From Candidatus Thorarchaeota archaeon (GTDB lineage Archaea > Asgardarchaeota > Thorarchaeia > Thorarchaeales > Thorarchaeaceae): 64,000 nt of DNA. Location: positions 1 to 64,000 of the forward strand of contig JAGSHN010000005.1 of assembly GCA_029855935.1 (NCBI GenBank), in the 5' to 3' direction. Shown here one piece after another: positions 37,079 through 46,900 of the stretch. A program made the translations under genes and the position numbers. How positions within the stretch are numbered: the stretch's first letter is position 1; every line of letters starts with the position of its first letter. Below the pieces are notes generated by a model. The model was not told the DNA's origin. It saw only the letters and a program-made list of their open reading frames with translations, and made no database searches.

Positions 37079-38127
37079 CCCAGCTTGTCAGCCAGATAGT
37101 GCTCCACCACAAAGTCCATGCCATACCTGCTGAAGGCCTGCTGCTCGGCCTTCTTGCGCAGGGACTTGAAGCCAGCAATATGATGCTGACATTCTGGAGA
37201 GCTGTATCGCACATCGTTAGACAGTTCGTCCAGCCGGCGGAGATCTGCATCATTTAGAGGCTCAGTGGGAAGAGTGTAGTCCCGGATATCGTCGGGAGTA
37301 ACACCAATCCAAGCGGCATCAGGTACTACGAGACCAGGGACATGTGCGGCGTTCGCACTACCAGAGATTATGACTCGTGCGATGTGCATCCCCCACGGAT
37401 CACCATCCGTGAAGATGTACACCGGCAGGTCTAGGGCATCATGCAGGAGACGAATCATACGACGGGTTGCACGTGGCGGCTGGCCCCCCAGATGGACGAG
37501 AATTGCTCTGAAACGCTTCCACGCCCCTGTCTCGATGAGGCGGGAGAACATGCCACCAGACTCAACTGCAAGAATGAGTTTCGCATCCGCTGAGATCGGC
37601 TCTGCGGTGACAAGTGCGGGTCCTATTGGGAAACCGTCCGGGCTGAGGGTAAGGTCGATGACCCTGCCCTCATATCCGGGCACTGTATACCTCATCTTGA
37701 CCGCCCCATAGATTGAGGACCTCTCTTCAGGAAATATGCCGAAGTCCTCGCGGGAGAAACCCGTGACACACTCAAGGTCGGCCACTGTACGGTCAGACTC
37801 GGCCTGATCCTTGAACCTTATTCCAAAGGCCTCGGCGGAGTAGTAGAGGTCCCTTAGCGAGCTTGTCCGCCCAGACACAAGAAGACGCTTCGCATACGAT
37901 GCCACCCAGACCAGCTGAGCGAAGCTGCGGATGTGCTTCAGGTTGCTCGAGTCCCTGACCACCTTCTTGGGGCCCATCACAAATTGGTGACGCTGCTCAT
38001 CAAAGACTATGTTTGTAGTTCCCCTGTCGGGAATCTCGAGTACTGGGAACTCGCCAGAGCGAATGCTCTCGACTATGCGATGGCCTATGCCACGAAGCAG
38101 ATGCAGGGGCTGGGCAGGGTCACTCAT
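37075..38127 (-). CDS. top6A: DNA topoisomerase VI subunit A
   Basis: SLRDLYY (catalytic Tyr), VESGGMF, FTDGDPWG, KAEQQA. Confidence 0.93.
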   Translation of the reverse strand: MSDPAQPLHLLRGIGHRIVESIRSGEFPVLEIPDRGTTNIVFDEQRHQFVMGPKKVVRDSSNLKHIRSFAQLVWVASYAKRLLVSGRTSSLRDLYYSAEAFGIRFKDQAESDRTVADLECVTGFSREDFGIFPEERSSIYGAVKMRYTVPGYEGRVIDLTLSPDGFPIGPALVTAEPISADAKLILAVESGGMFSRLIETGAWKRFRAILVHLGGQPPRATRRMIRLLHDALDLPVYIFTDGDPWGMHIARVIISGSANAAHVPGLVVPDAAWIGVTPDDIRDYTLPTEPLNDADLRRLDELSNDVRYSSPECQHHIAGFKSLRKKAEQQAFSRYGMDFVVEHYLADKLG

Positions 38128-39631
38128 CAATATCAACTCCAAACAGTGTCTGGACAAGGTGGCCCGTAGGGGGCACTGGAACATCCGCGAGCTCGGCACC
38201 GTATTTCACAACAAGGGAAAAGAAGCGCTTGAACTCCCTCAATCGCCGCGACTCACGAGCCGCACGTGCTCGAGATCCTGATAGTCTACCTAACTTGCGC
38301 CCCAGGTCCCTGTAGAGATGCTGAACCTCTGTCTCTATCTCAGGAATGGTGTCTATCGACTGTTTTCCTGCTGCCCGGTAGGGAATTCTCGTTGAACATA
38401 CGTGGACGAGGATCACAGGAGTGCCGAGATCCATTATGCCGTATCTTGACCAGTTCGTTTCACGGAGGCCCTTGGTGAGTACACAGCCACTGGCATCATA
38501 GAGCAAAGGTACTCTGTTGGCAAATCTGTAGAGGATTGGGAAACTGCCAGATGTGTTGCGAAACCCCCTCGCGACACAGAGGACCGCCTCGATCAATAGC
38601 GGGTTGCCATTCCACTCTGTGGGGCCCCTCACGGCATATGCGGCAATGTCACACTCAAAGAGAGAACGAACTGCAGTCAGCATCGGTTCCTTTCCTACAG
38701 GGCTGAGGCAGTCTGAGGACGGTTTCTGAATGCCCTGAAAGGAACGCAGCGCGGAGCTCAGGGTAAGAATGTCATCACGGTCCAGTTCCGCTGTCTTCCT
38801 ATTCGGGTCGATGTTTGCAAATCTCAGTAGTCGGCTGGCTGTTCTCGTACCCAGCTGTTGAAACGAACTGACGAGGAACTCCCTGACCCGGATGCCGGGA
38901 CTCGCGGATATCATACGACGCAATAGTTCCACATCAGCAGCTCGAGGGTGCGGCCGACAGACTCGTGACCGTCTTGGGAGTTCGCGCGTGTGTGGACCGA
39001 CACGAATGTGACTATCATCAATTGAGAGGGAGAACAGAACGTGCGGAGATACTATGGTACTCAGGCGCACATAGTCCAGTATACGTTCCTGGGAGCGCGC
39101 GAGATTGCCTCTCAGACGGATTGTCACTGTCGTCCCGGGACCTTCGCGCTCGCCCTCGCTCTCACTGACCACTACGGGCCTGTTCTTCTGTACGTCAATC
39201 AGTATCTCAAATCGCTTGGCCGGCTGTTCGCCACACTTGGTCTCCACCATGACTGGGGAATCTGTCGTAATCTGACCGTACAGAACAGCCATAGTGACAC
39301 CAAGGCCAAAGGTACCTCGTTGCTGACACATAGCGAACTTGCTGCCAAAGAGAACCCGACCGAATGCCTCGGGAACATGCTCATATGAAACCCCTGATCC
39401 ATTGTCTGTCACCGAAACTTCGTAGGTCTTAGGGGCCACTGTGCGGACCCTGATGTCGACTACCGGATTGACACCAGCGAGGTCACATGCATCGAGACTG
39501 TTCTCGACGAGTTCACGAACTGTTGAGAACAGGGCTTGTGCAGGATTGCCAAAGCCCGCCATCTGTCTGTTTCTGTAGAAGAATTCTGCTGGCGAGATAC
39601 TCCCGAATGAGTCATCTGGTAACGAGTCCAT
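38120..39631 (-). CDS. top6B: DNA topoisomerase VI subunit B
   Basis: GHKL motifs ELVENSLDA, DNGSG, RGTFGLG; RFANRVPLLY. Confidence 0.93.
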   Translation of the reverse strand: MDSLPDDSFGSISPAEFFYRNRQMAGFGNPAQALFSTVRELVENSLDACDLAGVNPVVDIRVRTVAPKTYEVSVTDNGSGVSYEHVPEAFGRVLFGSKFAMCQQRGTFGLGVTMAVLYGQITTDSPVMVETKCGEQPAKRFEILIDVQKNRPVVVSESEGEREGPGTTVTIRLRGNLARSQERILDYVRLSTIVSPHVLFSLSIDDSHIRVGPHTRELPRRSRVCRPHPRAADVELLRRMISASPGIRVREFLVSSFQQLGTRTASRLLRFANIDPNRKTAELDRDDILTLSSALRSFQGIQKPSSDCLSPVGKEPMLTAVRSLFECDIAAYAVRGPTEWNGNPLLIEAVLCVARGFRNTSGSFPILYRFANRVPLLYDASGCVLTKGLRETNWSRYGIMDLGTPVILVHVCSTRIPYRAAGKQSIDTIPEIETEVQHLYRDLGRKLGRLSGSRARAARESRRLREFKRFFSLVVKYGAELADVPVPPTGHLVQTLFGVDIDE

Positions 39632-39714
39632 GACCGCTCCGAATGTTCCTAGTGGCAGTCTATATTAGAGAGGGGGTATTACGTTGGGGATCACAGGTCG
39701 GAGTTTCACCTATC

Positions 39715-40284
39715 TCAGGGTGTTGGTTCCCACAGGTCCGCCTTAAGACGATTAATCTCTCTACGCATTCGTTCCAAGTATCTGTACACTGCACTGTGGG
39801 GCGCACCATCAATGAGCATGTTCACCGCACGTGTTGCGTACTCAAGGCCAGGGTCAGCGCCAATCAATGCGACGGTCCGCCCATAGACCGACATCTTGGT
39901 CTCTGTGGTCTGTTCAATCACCCTCCGAGTCCGACCGTGCTCTCCTATTATGCGGCCAGCGACCCTACGTATCTGGGAAGGCGAGGTCCCAACAAACTCG
40001 CGCAGGGAGATTATCACAAGGCGCATGTCGTCATCGATAAGCGTGAGGGCGTTCTTCGGACTGAAGCCGCGCGCCATCGCTCTGACCATATCTCGTGCCT
40101 TCCAAATCAGCACGGGGTCCCTGGGATCAGGCGGGCAGCTGATTGTAACGACTCCATCCCTGCTCACAGTCACGTGCGAGTGCGTCAACTCCTCAATCCG
40201 GCGCTTGACACGTCCATTGCGGCCGACAATCACGCCCACTCTCTCGGCGGGCACACGAACAGTTTCTTGTATCAGCATAATCAT
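39715..40284 (-). CDS. KH-domain rRNA-processing protein (Dim2/Pno1-like)
   Basis: GVIVGRNG, ARGFSP, GRIIGEHGRT, GAPH..VY. Confidence 0.92.
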   Translation of the reverse strand: MIMLIQETVRVPAERVGVIVGRNGRVKRRIEELTHSHVTVSRDGVVTISCPPDPRDPVLIWKARDMVRAMARGFSPKNALTLIDDDMRLVIISLREFVGTSPSQIRRVAGRIIGEHGRTRRVIEQTTETKMSVYGRTVALIGADPGLEYATRAVNMLIDGAPHSAVYRYLERMRREINRLKADLWEPTP

Positions 40285-41078
40285 CCTTCACCTGAGAGAA
40301 TGTATTCAAGTATTACCTCAGGATCCTCTGTTTCAACACCTAGTCTTCGGAAATATCGTGTAATGTTTTGAATGTCACGATATAGATACTCGCGTGCGTT
40401 GCTATGGACCATGAGCACTGACTGGGACACGTCGATGAAGACTGGCTCATCGAACCAGAGGATGTTGTACTCGCTCAGGTCTGCGTGGACGAGCTGGGCT
40501 TTTCGCACTCCACGCTCTATCATCTCAATCACTCTGTTGAACACGTCGACAGAGTCTTCGAGATGAACATCCTTCAAGAGCGGCGCGGGAATCCCCTCCT
40601 CCGCATCACCAATGAACTCCATGACGACCACATTGCGCTCTATCGCGATGGGCTTGGGAACACGCACACCCGCCTCAGAATATCGAACCAGATTCTTGAA
40701 CTCCTTCATTGCCCAGACGGGGATCAGAGCGCGTTTCTTGCGTTTCACACGTCGGAACCGTGGATCGCCCTCGATATACTCCATCATGTAGTCAGACTCT
40801 GCTGTAGTGACTCGATAGATCTTGACCGCTATGGAGCGTCCATCAGGATTGATGCCCCGATACACATTCGCCTCCTTTCCCGTGCTGATGGCACCGAAGA
40901 GCGAACTTATGATTCCGCGATTCAGAAGCCTGTACAGGGCCTTCATTGTGGCAGAGTCGAGCACACCCTCTACTACCTTGAACTCATCAGAGTCGCGACG
41001 ACGAAACCTGCGCCGTTCCAGCTCGTCCTGTATTCTCTTCCACTTGCTCTGAATACGAGTCAAATAGTGTTCCACCAC
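40281..41078 (-). CDS. rio1: RIO1 serine/threonine kinase
   Basis: ISTGKEANVY, AVKIY, LVHADLSEYNIL, IDVSQ; start approximate. Confidence 0.95.
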   Translation of the reverse strand: MVEHYLTRIQSKWKRIQDELERRRFRRRDSDEFKVVEGVLDSATMKALYRLLNRGIISSLFGAISTGKEANVYRGINPDGRSIAVKIYRVTTAESDYMMEYIEGDPRFRRVKRKKRALIPVWAMKEFKNLVRYSEAGVRVPKPIAIERNVVVMEFIGDAEEGIPAPLLKDVHLEDSVDVFNRVIEMIERGVRKAQLVHADLSEYNILWFDEPVFIDVSQSVLMVHSNAREYLYRDIQNITRYFRRLGVETEDPEVILEYILSGEG

Positions 41079-41145
41079 TGCCCTTGTGAACGTGTTGTAG
41101 GCGGATCGAACCATAGATATGAACAAAGAAAAAAGATACGGCAGG

Positions 41146-41472
41146 TCAGAACATCTTCAGGATTCCACGGCGCTTCAGCCACTCAAGCTCGTTGTTGCGA
41201 TAACGCCAGACAACATCGCACTTGGCGTCACTCTGAAAGTCCCACGGGACAATCAGAACGGTGTCGCCAATTCGCATCCACACTCTCTTCTTCATTCGAC
41301 CTGGAATTCGGCCGACACGGATCTCTCCATCCTCACAACGTACCCGCACCCGGTCATGACCGAGCATCTGCACTATGACTCCGAACATCTCCCCCTCGTC
41401 GCGATTGGGGACACGCACTCGGACGAGCTCTCCGTCAGTCTGATCCGGCTTGGACTGTTTGCCTTTGGCCAA
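41146..41472 (-). CDS. eif1a: Translation initiation factor aIF-1A
   Basis: QMLG, GRIPGRMKKRVW, VPWDFQ, WRY; TTG start inferred. Confidence 0.95.
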   Translation of the reverse strand: MAKGKQSKPDQTDGELVRVRVPNRDEGEMFGVIVQMLGHDRVRVRCEDGEIRVGRIPGRMKKRVWMRIGDTVLIVPWDFQSDAKCDVVWRYRNNELEWLKRRGILKMF

Positions 41473-41558
41473 AATTATCCTCCACTTACATTTTGTTCGA
41501 GGTGCACTTGTTGAGAAACTGCTGGTGCTGGGCATTTAAGCGTACCGAAAGAACGGCG

Positions 41559-42644
41559 CTATTCTGGCTCTGATGGGAGAGAATAGAAGCGATTATCAAT
41601 CGTCACAGCACGAACAATGTCACCAACACGTATCGAGGGGTCAAGTAGTTCGGGCTCCACCTCTATGATCTCAAACGTCTGCGAGTCCATCAGATGAGTA
41701 GGCTGGCCATATCCTTGGGAGATCACACTATACTCTCTGCTCTCTGAGGAGGAGGCGAGATACTCTATTGTACGCCACTTGGAGCTCTTTGGGCTCACGC
41801 TGAACCGGGATCTGTCAACGAGGTCGAAGCATCTCAGAACACCATTCCCTATGGACAAGACCTGACAGGGATGGCCAGCAACTGTGATGAAGTCCCCACG
41901 GTGATAGCGAGGAAGACGAAGAAGAATTGTCACACGATATTTCCGTCGGCCAGTCCGATCCTGTGTGATGAGCTTGTAGTTCTCCTTCCTCTCCGCGAGA
42001 AATGTCGACTGTATCTCATCAGCTATCAGGCGCGAGAGATGCTGAGAACCCACGTGAAAGTCAATGCCATGTTTCGTTTCCGCCACCTGTTGTACGAACG
42101 CCTTTGCATCGTGTCCGTGCTCGGAATATGTACGATTCAGCACAATCCCTCGAATCTCATCGATCTCGTCTTGTGTCACTGAGCGGCCGTCCGCACGAAT
42201 CTGCAGTATCGCCTCATGATAGCCGCCACGAGCCAGTGAGCATGTCTGACATGTGCCATACATGACCCGAATCTCAACTGGTACTCGTTCCTCATGTTCC
42301 GGAAGAGCCTCGTGCGACCTTCCGCGTGCTATCACACTCGTCCTCAGTGTGCTATCGAGATGCGAGTCTATCTCCAGTCCGAGCGTGACGCTCGAATTGA
42401 GAACAGAGACGCTGCGGGCCAGCAGTATCTGGAGCTGGCGGTCAAGACGTTCGGAGTCGGTCTTTGGAGGAGGAACGAGTTGTTGCCAGCCACCCGGTAT
42501 CTTGACGGCACCACAATGCCGACAGACCGTGATGACGAGCCGAGGGTCGACTGCCAAGAGAGGGTGCGCATCATTGTAGCAACTGGCGCACAGGCCACCA
42601 ACAACTGCTTCGGCTCCACACACATAGCAAGGGACTGGCATCAT
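41559..42644 (-). CDS. nmd3: NMD3-family ribosome biogenesis protein
   Basis: Four CxxC motifs, YHEAILQIR, GIDF, C-terminal eIF5A-like region (LMDSQTFE). Confidence 0.9.
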   Translation of the reverse strand: MMPVPCYVCGAEAVVGGLCASCYNDAHPLLAVDPRLVITVCRHCGAVKIPGGWQQLVPPPKTDSERLDRQLQILLARSVSVLNSSVTLGLEIDSHLDSTLRTSVIARGRSHEALPEHEERVPVEIRVMYGTCQTCSLARGGYHEAILQIRADGRSVTQDEIDEIRGIVLNRTYSEHGHDAKAFVQQVAETKHGIDFHVGSQHLSRLIADEIQSTFLAERKENYKLITQDRTGRRKYRVTILLRLPRYHRGDFITVAGHPCQVLSIGNGVLRCFDLVDRSRFSVSPKSSKWRTIEYLASSSESREYSVISQGYGQPTHLMDSQTFEIIEVEPELLDPSIRVGDIVRAVTIDNRFYSLPSEPE

Positions 42645-42775
42645 CCGTTCAGGATTGATTCGTGCCGCAGGGGCTTAAAATGTCTATGAAGTGGGCGAAC
42701 ATAGTCTGATACAGCAGCCCGATGGGAGGGAACCTAATCGTAGAACCTATTTGTGAGGATGAGCAAGCCGAAGTC

Positions 42776-43231
42776 ATGCCACGCAAGAAGCGCTGGAGAA
42801 GAGTTTTTCGTGAGCCGACCGTGTCAGTGTTCAAACCTGCGGGAGTTCCCGCCAAGGAACTAGAGGAGATACTCCTAGCGGTCGACGAATTTGAGGCACT
42901 GCGGCTTGCGGACTATGAGGGCATGAATCAGAGAGATGCGAGCGAGATCATGGGAGTGAGCCAGCCTACGTTCCACAGGATTCTCTCCTCAGCCAGGCAC
43001 AAGGTGGCCAAGGGACTGGTCGAGGGCCAGGTGATACGGATAGAGGGGGGCAGGTATATTCTGGCAGATGGCAGCGGAGTATTGGTCTGTCAGGACTGTG
43101 GCCAGGAGATAGATCCCAAAGAGCTGGAGAAGACCGAGACCTGCCCACGTTGTGGTTCAAGGCATATCAGATGGCTTCGCTGGGGGGAGCATCGTGATCG
43201 GCACGGGGCGACGGGTCATCACGGTGGGTGA
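42776..43231 (+). CDS. DUF134-family HTH protein with zinc ribbon
   Basis: MPRKK, FKP.G, DEFEALRLAD, MGVSQPTF, IEGG, CQDC..CPRCGS. Confidence 0.88.
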   Translation: MPRKKRWRRVFREPTVSVFKPAGVPAKELEEILLAVDEFEALRLADYEGMNQRDASEIMGVSQPTFHRILSSARHKVAKGLVEGQVIRIEGGRYILADGSGVLVCQDCGQEIDPKELEKTETCPRCGSRHIRWLRWGEHRDRHGATGHHGG

Positions 43232-43388
43232 GCGAGCTACCGAGACTGTCAGAATGAAGCGGGCAGGCTAGAACTCTCGAGGCGCAATCCACTGAGGCGA
43301 AGCACCTTGACGGAGGGCTGGTATATGTTGCTGGCGACAGGGCGTACGCCAAGTGTGTGGCCGTGACATGGAGTAGTCACTACTGGGA

Positions 43389-43688
43389 CTAGAGACGTAC
43401 CCATTGAGCATGAGGATGCCCATCGATGTAGAGCACTGCAGACTCGTGGACGATTCCTGCCTCAATCGCAGCTCTGACAGTGACCTCGCCTATCATGTTG
43501 ACAATGGTGGCCTGTTTGATATGCTCCAGGCAGGTGGAGAGATCCACGAGGTCACCACCGTAGAACTCTTCGCTCACTGTAAAAGTGATGTCACCATGCT
43601 CAAGCGTCTTTCCCAAGAGCTCCTTGTCGCATACTGCGACAACATAGTGCTCGATTGTCTTTCGCACACGCATGTATACCGAGTTCAT
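43389..43688 (-). CDS. DUF424-family protein
   Basis: VAVCDKELLG, FYGG, NMIG, PHAQ; typical neighbour of aIF2beta. Confidence 0.88.
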   Translation of the reverse strand: MNSVYMRVRKTIEHYVVAVCDKELLGKTLEHGDITFTVSEEFYGGDLVDLSTCLEHIKQATIVNMIGEVTVRAAIEAGIVHESAVLYIDGHPHAQWVRL

Positions 43689-43712
43689 ACAACACCCTCT
43701 TCTACTCGGGAC

Positions 43713-44126
43713 TCACACAGGGCGAATGGCGGTCCTTGCACCACAGGCTGAACAGTGGAGGTAGTAGGCGTTCCCCTCCTTGACTATTGTGGTGTCAGGT
43801 CGCGTACAGACAGGGCAGATGACATACGAGTCGATGTATCGATTGAGCGCCTCCTCAACCGTTTCGGCCGTGAACTTACCATTGAACACTGCAGTACTAC
43901 CCTCAAAGTTTCCAGCAGTGGCAAGTTGTCCAGCGATAAACTTGAGAACCTCCTTGCCCGGGCGGTTTAGAACATTTAGTATCTCCTGAAAGTTCTGCCA
44001 AATGGTGCGATTGCCCTGGATCATTAGCTGCACTCGTGGGACCTTGAATCGCTCACCCGACCTCTTGAAGGCATCCTCCGGAATCTGTGATCGCGCCCGT
44101 TCCAAGAGCTTCTCGTATTCGTCCAT
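43713..44126 (-). CDS. eif2b: Translation initiation factor 2 beta subunit
   Basis: YEKLLERA, RFKVP, CPVCTRPDT, CSACGA. Confidence 0.95.
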   Translation of the reverse strand: MDEYEKLLERARSQIPEDAFKRSGERFKVPRVQLMIQGNRTIWQNFQEILNVLNRPGKEVLKFIAGQLATAGNFEGSTAVFNGKFTAETVEEALNRYIDSYVICPVCTRPDTTIVKEGNAYYLHCSACGARTAIRPV

Positions 44127-44199
44127 ACCGACTGACGGACCATGACCTCTATTGAACCTTGCGACACAGCCATTCAGCAACTGAACGTCGCTGGGTCAA

Positions 44200-44910
44200 C
44201 TACTCGCACCTGTAGACGCCGATGGGGTCCTCAATTATCGCACCATCATCAAGCAGATCCAGTATCTTCAGAGTGATGTCATTCTTGTCGAAGCCCTTCT
44301 CGACAAAGTAGGCGATGATCTCATCGTTGGGTACTGGCCCGCCACTCGAACGGATGAATTCCAGTATCTGCTTGACAAGAGGGCCAGTCATGCCCGAGGA
44401 GCCCTTGGGCGAAGGGGCAGAAGACACCGACTCTTCAGCCGAGGGTGGAGATGCAACAACGAGAGGTGGGCCCTCAACACCTCCCTCGGGCTCCGCGGGC
44501 TCGATACCAGTGAGACCGCTGCGCTCCAAGATTGTCCGCAGCCTCTCTAGCTTGTGTAGAGTAAGATAGTTGGAGTTGGGAATGTCTCGGATAATCTCCG
44601 GCACGATATAGCGCTCCCCCTCGTACTCACGGACACGCCCCACTACAAGAGCAAGACTGTATAGGTTCACTTGGGACAGCATCTCGGCCTCTGCTCCCCA
44701 GCCCTTGACTCGAATCGTTCCTGTGCCATCATCAAGCGTGAGGGTTGCATATTCACTGGAAGAGTAGTTGCCCACTACGAACCCGATCAATACGGCTCTC
44801 CGAATCTCTACACCATAGGGCGACACCACGCGAGGGCTGTCCTCCTCAGAGTATTTCCCGTGGATTATATCTGATATGTCGCAGCGGATGGCGGTCATTC
44901 GTCTTCTCAT
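44200..44910 (-). CDS. RPA2/RPA32-like protein (OB fold, linker, winged helix)
   Basis: LDDGTGTIRV, VVGRVREY; Pro/Ser linker; C-terminal LLDDGAIIEDP.GVY. Confidence 0.8.
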   Translation of the reverse strand: MRRRMTAIRCDISDIIHGKYSEEDSPRVVSPYGVEIRRAVLIGFVVGNYSSSEYATLTLDDGTGTIRVKGWGAEAEMLSQVNLYSLALVVGRVREYEGERYIVPEIIRDIPNSNYLTLHKLERLRTILERSGLTGIEPAEPEGGVEGPPLVVASPPSAEESVSSAPSPKGSSGMTGPLVKQILEFIRSSGGPVPNDEIIAYFVEKGFDKNDITLKILDLLDDGAIIEDPIGVYRCE

Positions 44911-45007
44911 AGATCAGCACACCACATCGGATCGGAGCTCGTAGACCGAGTCACGTCCACACTCTCGTAGTTCGGCCCAGTTAAAAAACTTCGACATGGT
45001 GGCGCCC

Positions 45008-46042
45008 CTAGAAGAAGTCGGTCAGCGAGCTCTGTGCGCCGGACTCTGCCAGTTCCTGTAGTTTCTTCTCAAGGCGTTCAAGAGCAGACTGTACACGATT
45101 CTCACTAAAGTCGTGCTCCTGGCACAGAATCTTGAATATCTCAGTATCGTTAGGCGGATGCCAGTCCAGCTTTGGGACATCGGCCTCTGGAGGATCCAAG
45201 AATATCCTACGGATCTCCTGATACGGAAACTCCAACTTGATGCCCTTCTCCCGTTCAATCGTTTCAAGATTGCCGTACTGCTTTATGAGCTTCAATGCCG
45301 TCTTGGGACCAATTCCAGGCACTCGGTCGTTGTAGTCAGTCCCCACCAAGATGGCAATATCGACCAACTGCTCGCGTGTGATCCCCAGCGCACGAAGGTT
45401 AGACTCGAGCTCGATGAGTTCTGGGTATATCACCTTGTAGCTCTTCGAACGTCCAGACCGTCTTCGTCCTGTGATTGACAGGTTGCGGACCATTCGGGGA
45501 CAGTTGTAGAGTAGAGAGTCATTGTCTTGGCTCGCGCTCGCCCACGCTACACCCGCACGTGTCATCTGAGCAGCCAGTGCCTCGCCCTCCGAGGGGGCCT
45601 GGACAACGGGTATGCCCATTGCCGTGAGAAGACTCTTGCTCTCTTCGATCATCTCAGCCGACAGGCGCGAACTGGCCCGGGCCGCCTTTCTTGCGTCCTC
45701 CATACGCCCCTCCTCAAGAGCACGTCTCCACTCCTGTCGAGCCTCCTCTCTGATCTTGCGACGACGTTCCTTCTCAGGTTCCTTCAGCACTGGGGACTCT
45801 CCATCAAATACGTACACAGGTCGAATACCGTGTTCGAGAAAGTTGAGATTGCGATAGAACAGGCCCGACAGATGACTAGTGACGCGACCCTGCCGGTCCA
45901 TCAACGGGGTCCCATCGGGTTGGCGGATTGTTGACAGGAACTGGTACAACGTGTTGAATGCGTCCACTGCAATTACCCGGTCCCGCAGGTCCTCGAGAGA
46001 GATTGTCTGAGCCGTGATTATGTCGCCCAGCTTTGTTCCCAA
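45008..46042 (-). CDS. fen: Flap endonuclease 1
   Basis: DAFNTLYQFL, YVFDG, APSEGEA, GTDYN, PIP box QSSLTDFF. Confidence 0.97.
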   Translation of the reverse strand: MGTKLGDIITAQTISLEDLRDRVIAVDAFNTLYQFLSTIRQPDGTPLMDRQGRVTSHLSGLFYRNLNFLEHGIRPVYVFDGESPVLKEPEKERRRKIREEARQEWRRALEEGRMEDARKAARASSRLSAEMIEESKSLLTAMGIPVVQAPSEGEALAAQMTRAGVAWASASQDNDSLLYNCPRMVRNLSITGRRRSGRSKSYKVIYPELIELESNLRALGITREQLVDIAILVGTDYNDRVPGIGPKTALKLIKQYGNLETIEREKGIKLEFPYQEIRRIFLDPPEADVPKLDWHPPNDTEIFKILCQEHDFSENRVQSALERLEKKLQELAESGAQSSLTDFF

Positions 46043-46206
46043 AGTATCAGCCCCTTGGCCTGATGATGCACGACCGTGTCTACGGCGGTGTTCCCAGCAG
46101 TAGACAGTCGGTCAGATTCCGCATCCTTCGGTATGCTTATAAGATTCACACTTAGTGGGGGCCAAGACTCTCAGAAAAAGACACCCCTGGTGAGTATTTG
46201 TTGTCG

Positions 46207-46374
46207 ATGCGCGCAATCCGATGTACGTCCTGTCACAGGTCGATATCGCCTCAGGAGGACAGTGTCAAGTTCGAGTGCCCCAACTGCGGAGCCTTCACAA
46301 TAAGAAGATGTGAAACATGCCGCAAGTTCTCTGTCAAGTACAAGTGTCCAAACTGCGGATTTGAGGGGCCATAG
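46207..46374 (+). CDS. Small double zinc-ribbon protein (DUF1610-like; absent from ORF track)
   Basis: [36 protein letters not shown]; conserved position upstream of EF1beta. Confidence 0.9.
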   Translation: MRAIRCTSCHRSISPQEDSVKFECPNCGAFTIRRCETCRKFSVKYKCPNCGFEGP

Positions 46375-46420
46375 TGAGAATGAGATAGTCAGAGTCGATT
46401 CAAGATTGGAGTGAGGATAG

Positions 46421-46687
46421 ATGGCCAGAGTTGTAATGACGCTCAGGATAATGCCCGAGGATGTCGATGTGGACTTGGAGGCGCTACTGGAGGAGATTAG
46501 GAGGAGGATGCCGGAAGGAACCGATGTCCGTGCGACAGAGATAGTGCCAGTCGCCTTTGGTCTCAAGGCTCTACGGATGAATGTTGCAAGGGAAGAGTCT
46601 ATGGGAGGTCCAGATGACATAGAAGCCGCAATCTCGGTCATCAAGGGCGTGGGGCAGATAGAAGTCGAGAGAGTCTCTCGAATGTAG
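46421..46687 (+). CDS. ef1b: Elongation factor 1-beta
   Basis: IMPEDVDVDL, PVAFGLKAL. Confidence 0.94.
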   Translation: MARVVMTLRIMPEDVDVDLEALLEEIRRRMPEGTDVRATEIVPVAFGLKALRMNVAREESMGGPDDIEAAISVIKGVGQIEVERVSRM

Positions 46688-46900
46688 GCTGTAGTCTGGG
46701 CAGACCAAATCATATCTCAGTGCTTATATTCGAAGACAGCGTAGGAGAGAACAGGGTCGGGCCGCAGTGTGGGCTTGACTGTCAACAGAGGTAGACTAAT
46801 TAGATAACGTTGTGGCGACAGTGATGGTCAATGATAGCAATTGGGACGGTCAATCCTGCTTCTCAAGAAACATCAACATGCCGGAGGATGCGTATAGGCC

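Noticed and set aside
37075-38127. Spo11-like meiotic paralog
   Set aside because: Paired with top6B in the standard aIF1A-rio1-KH-top6B-top6A context, so an ordinary Topo VI
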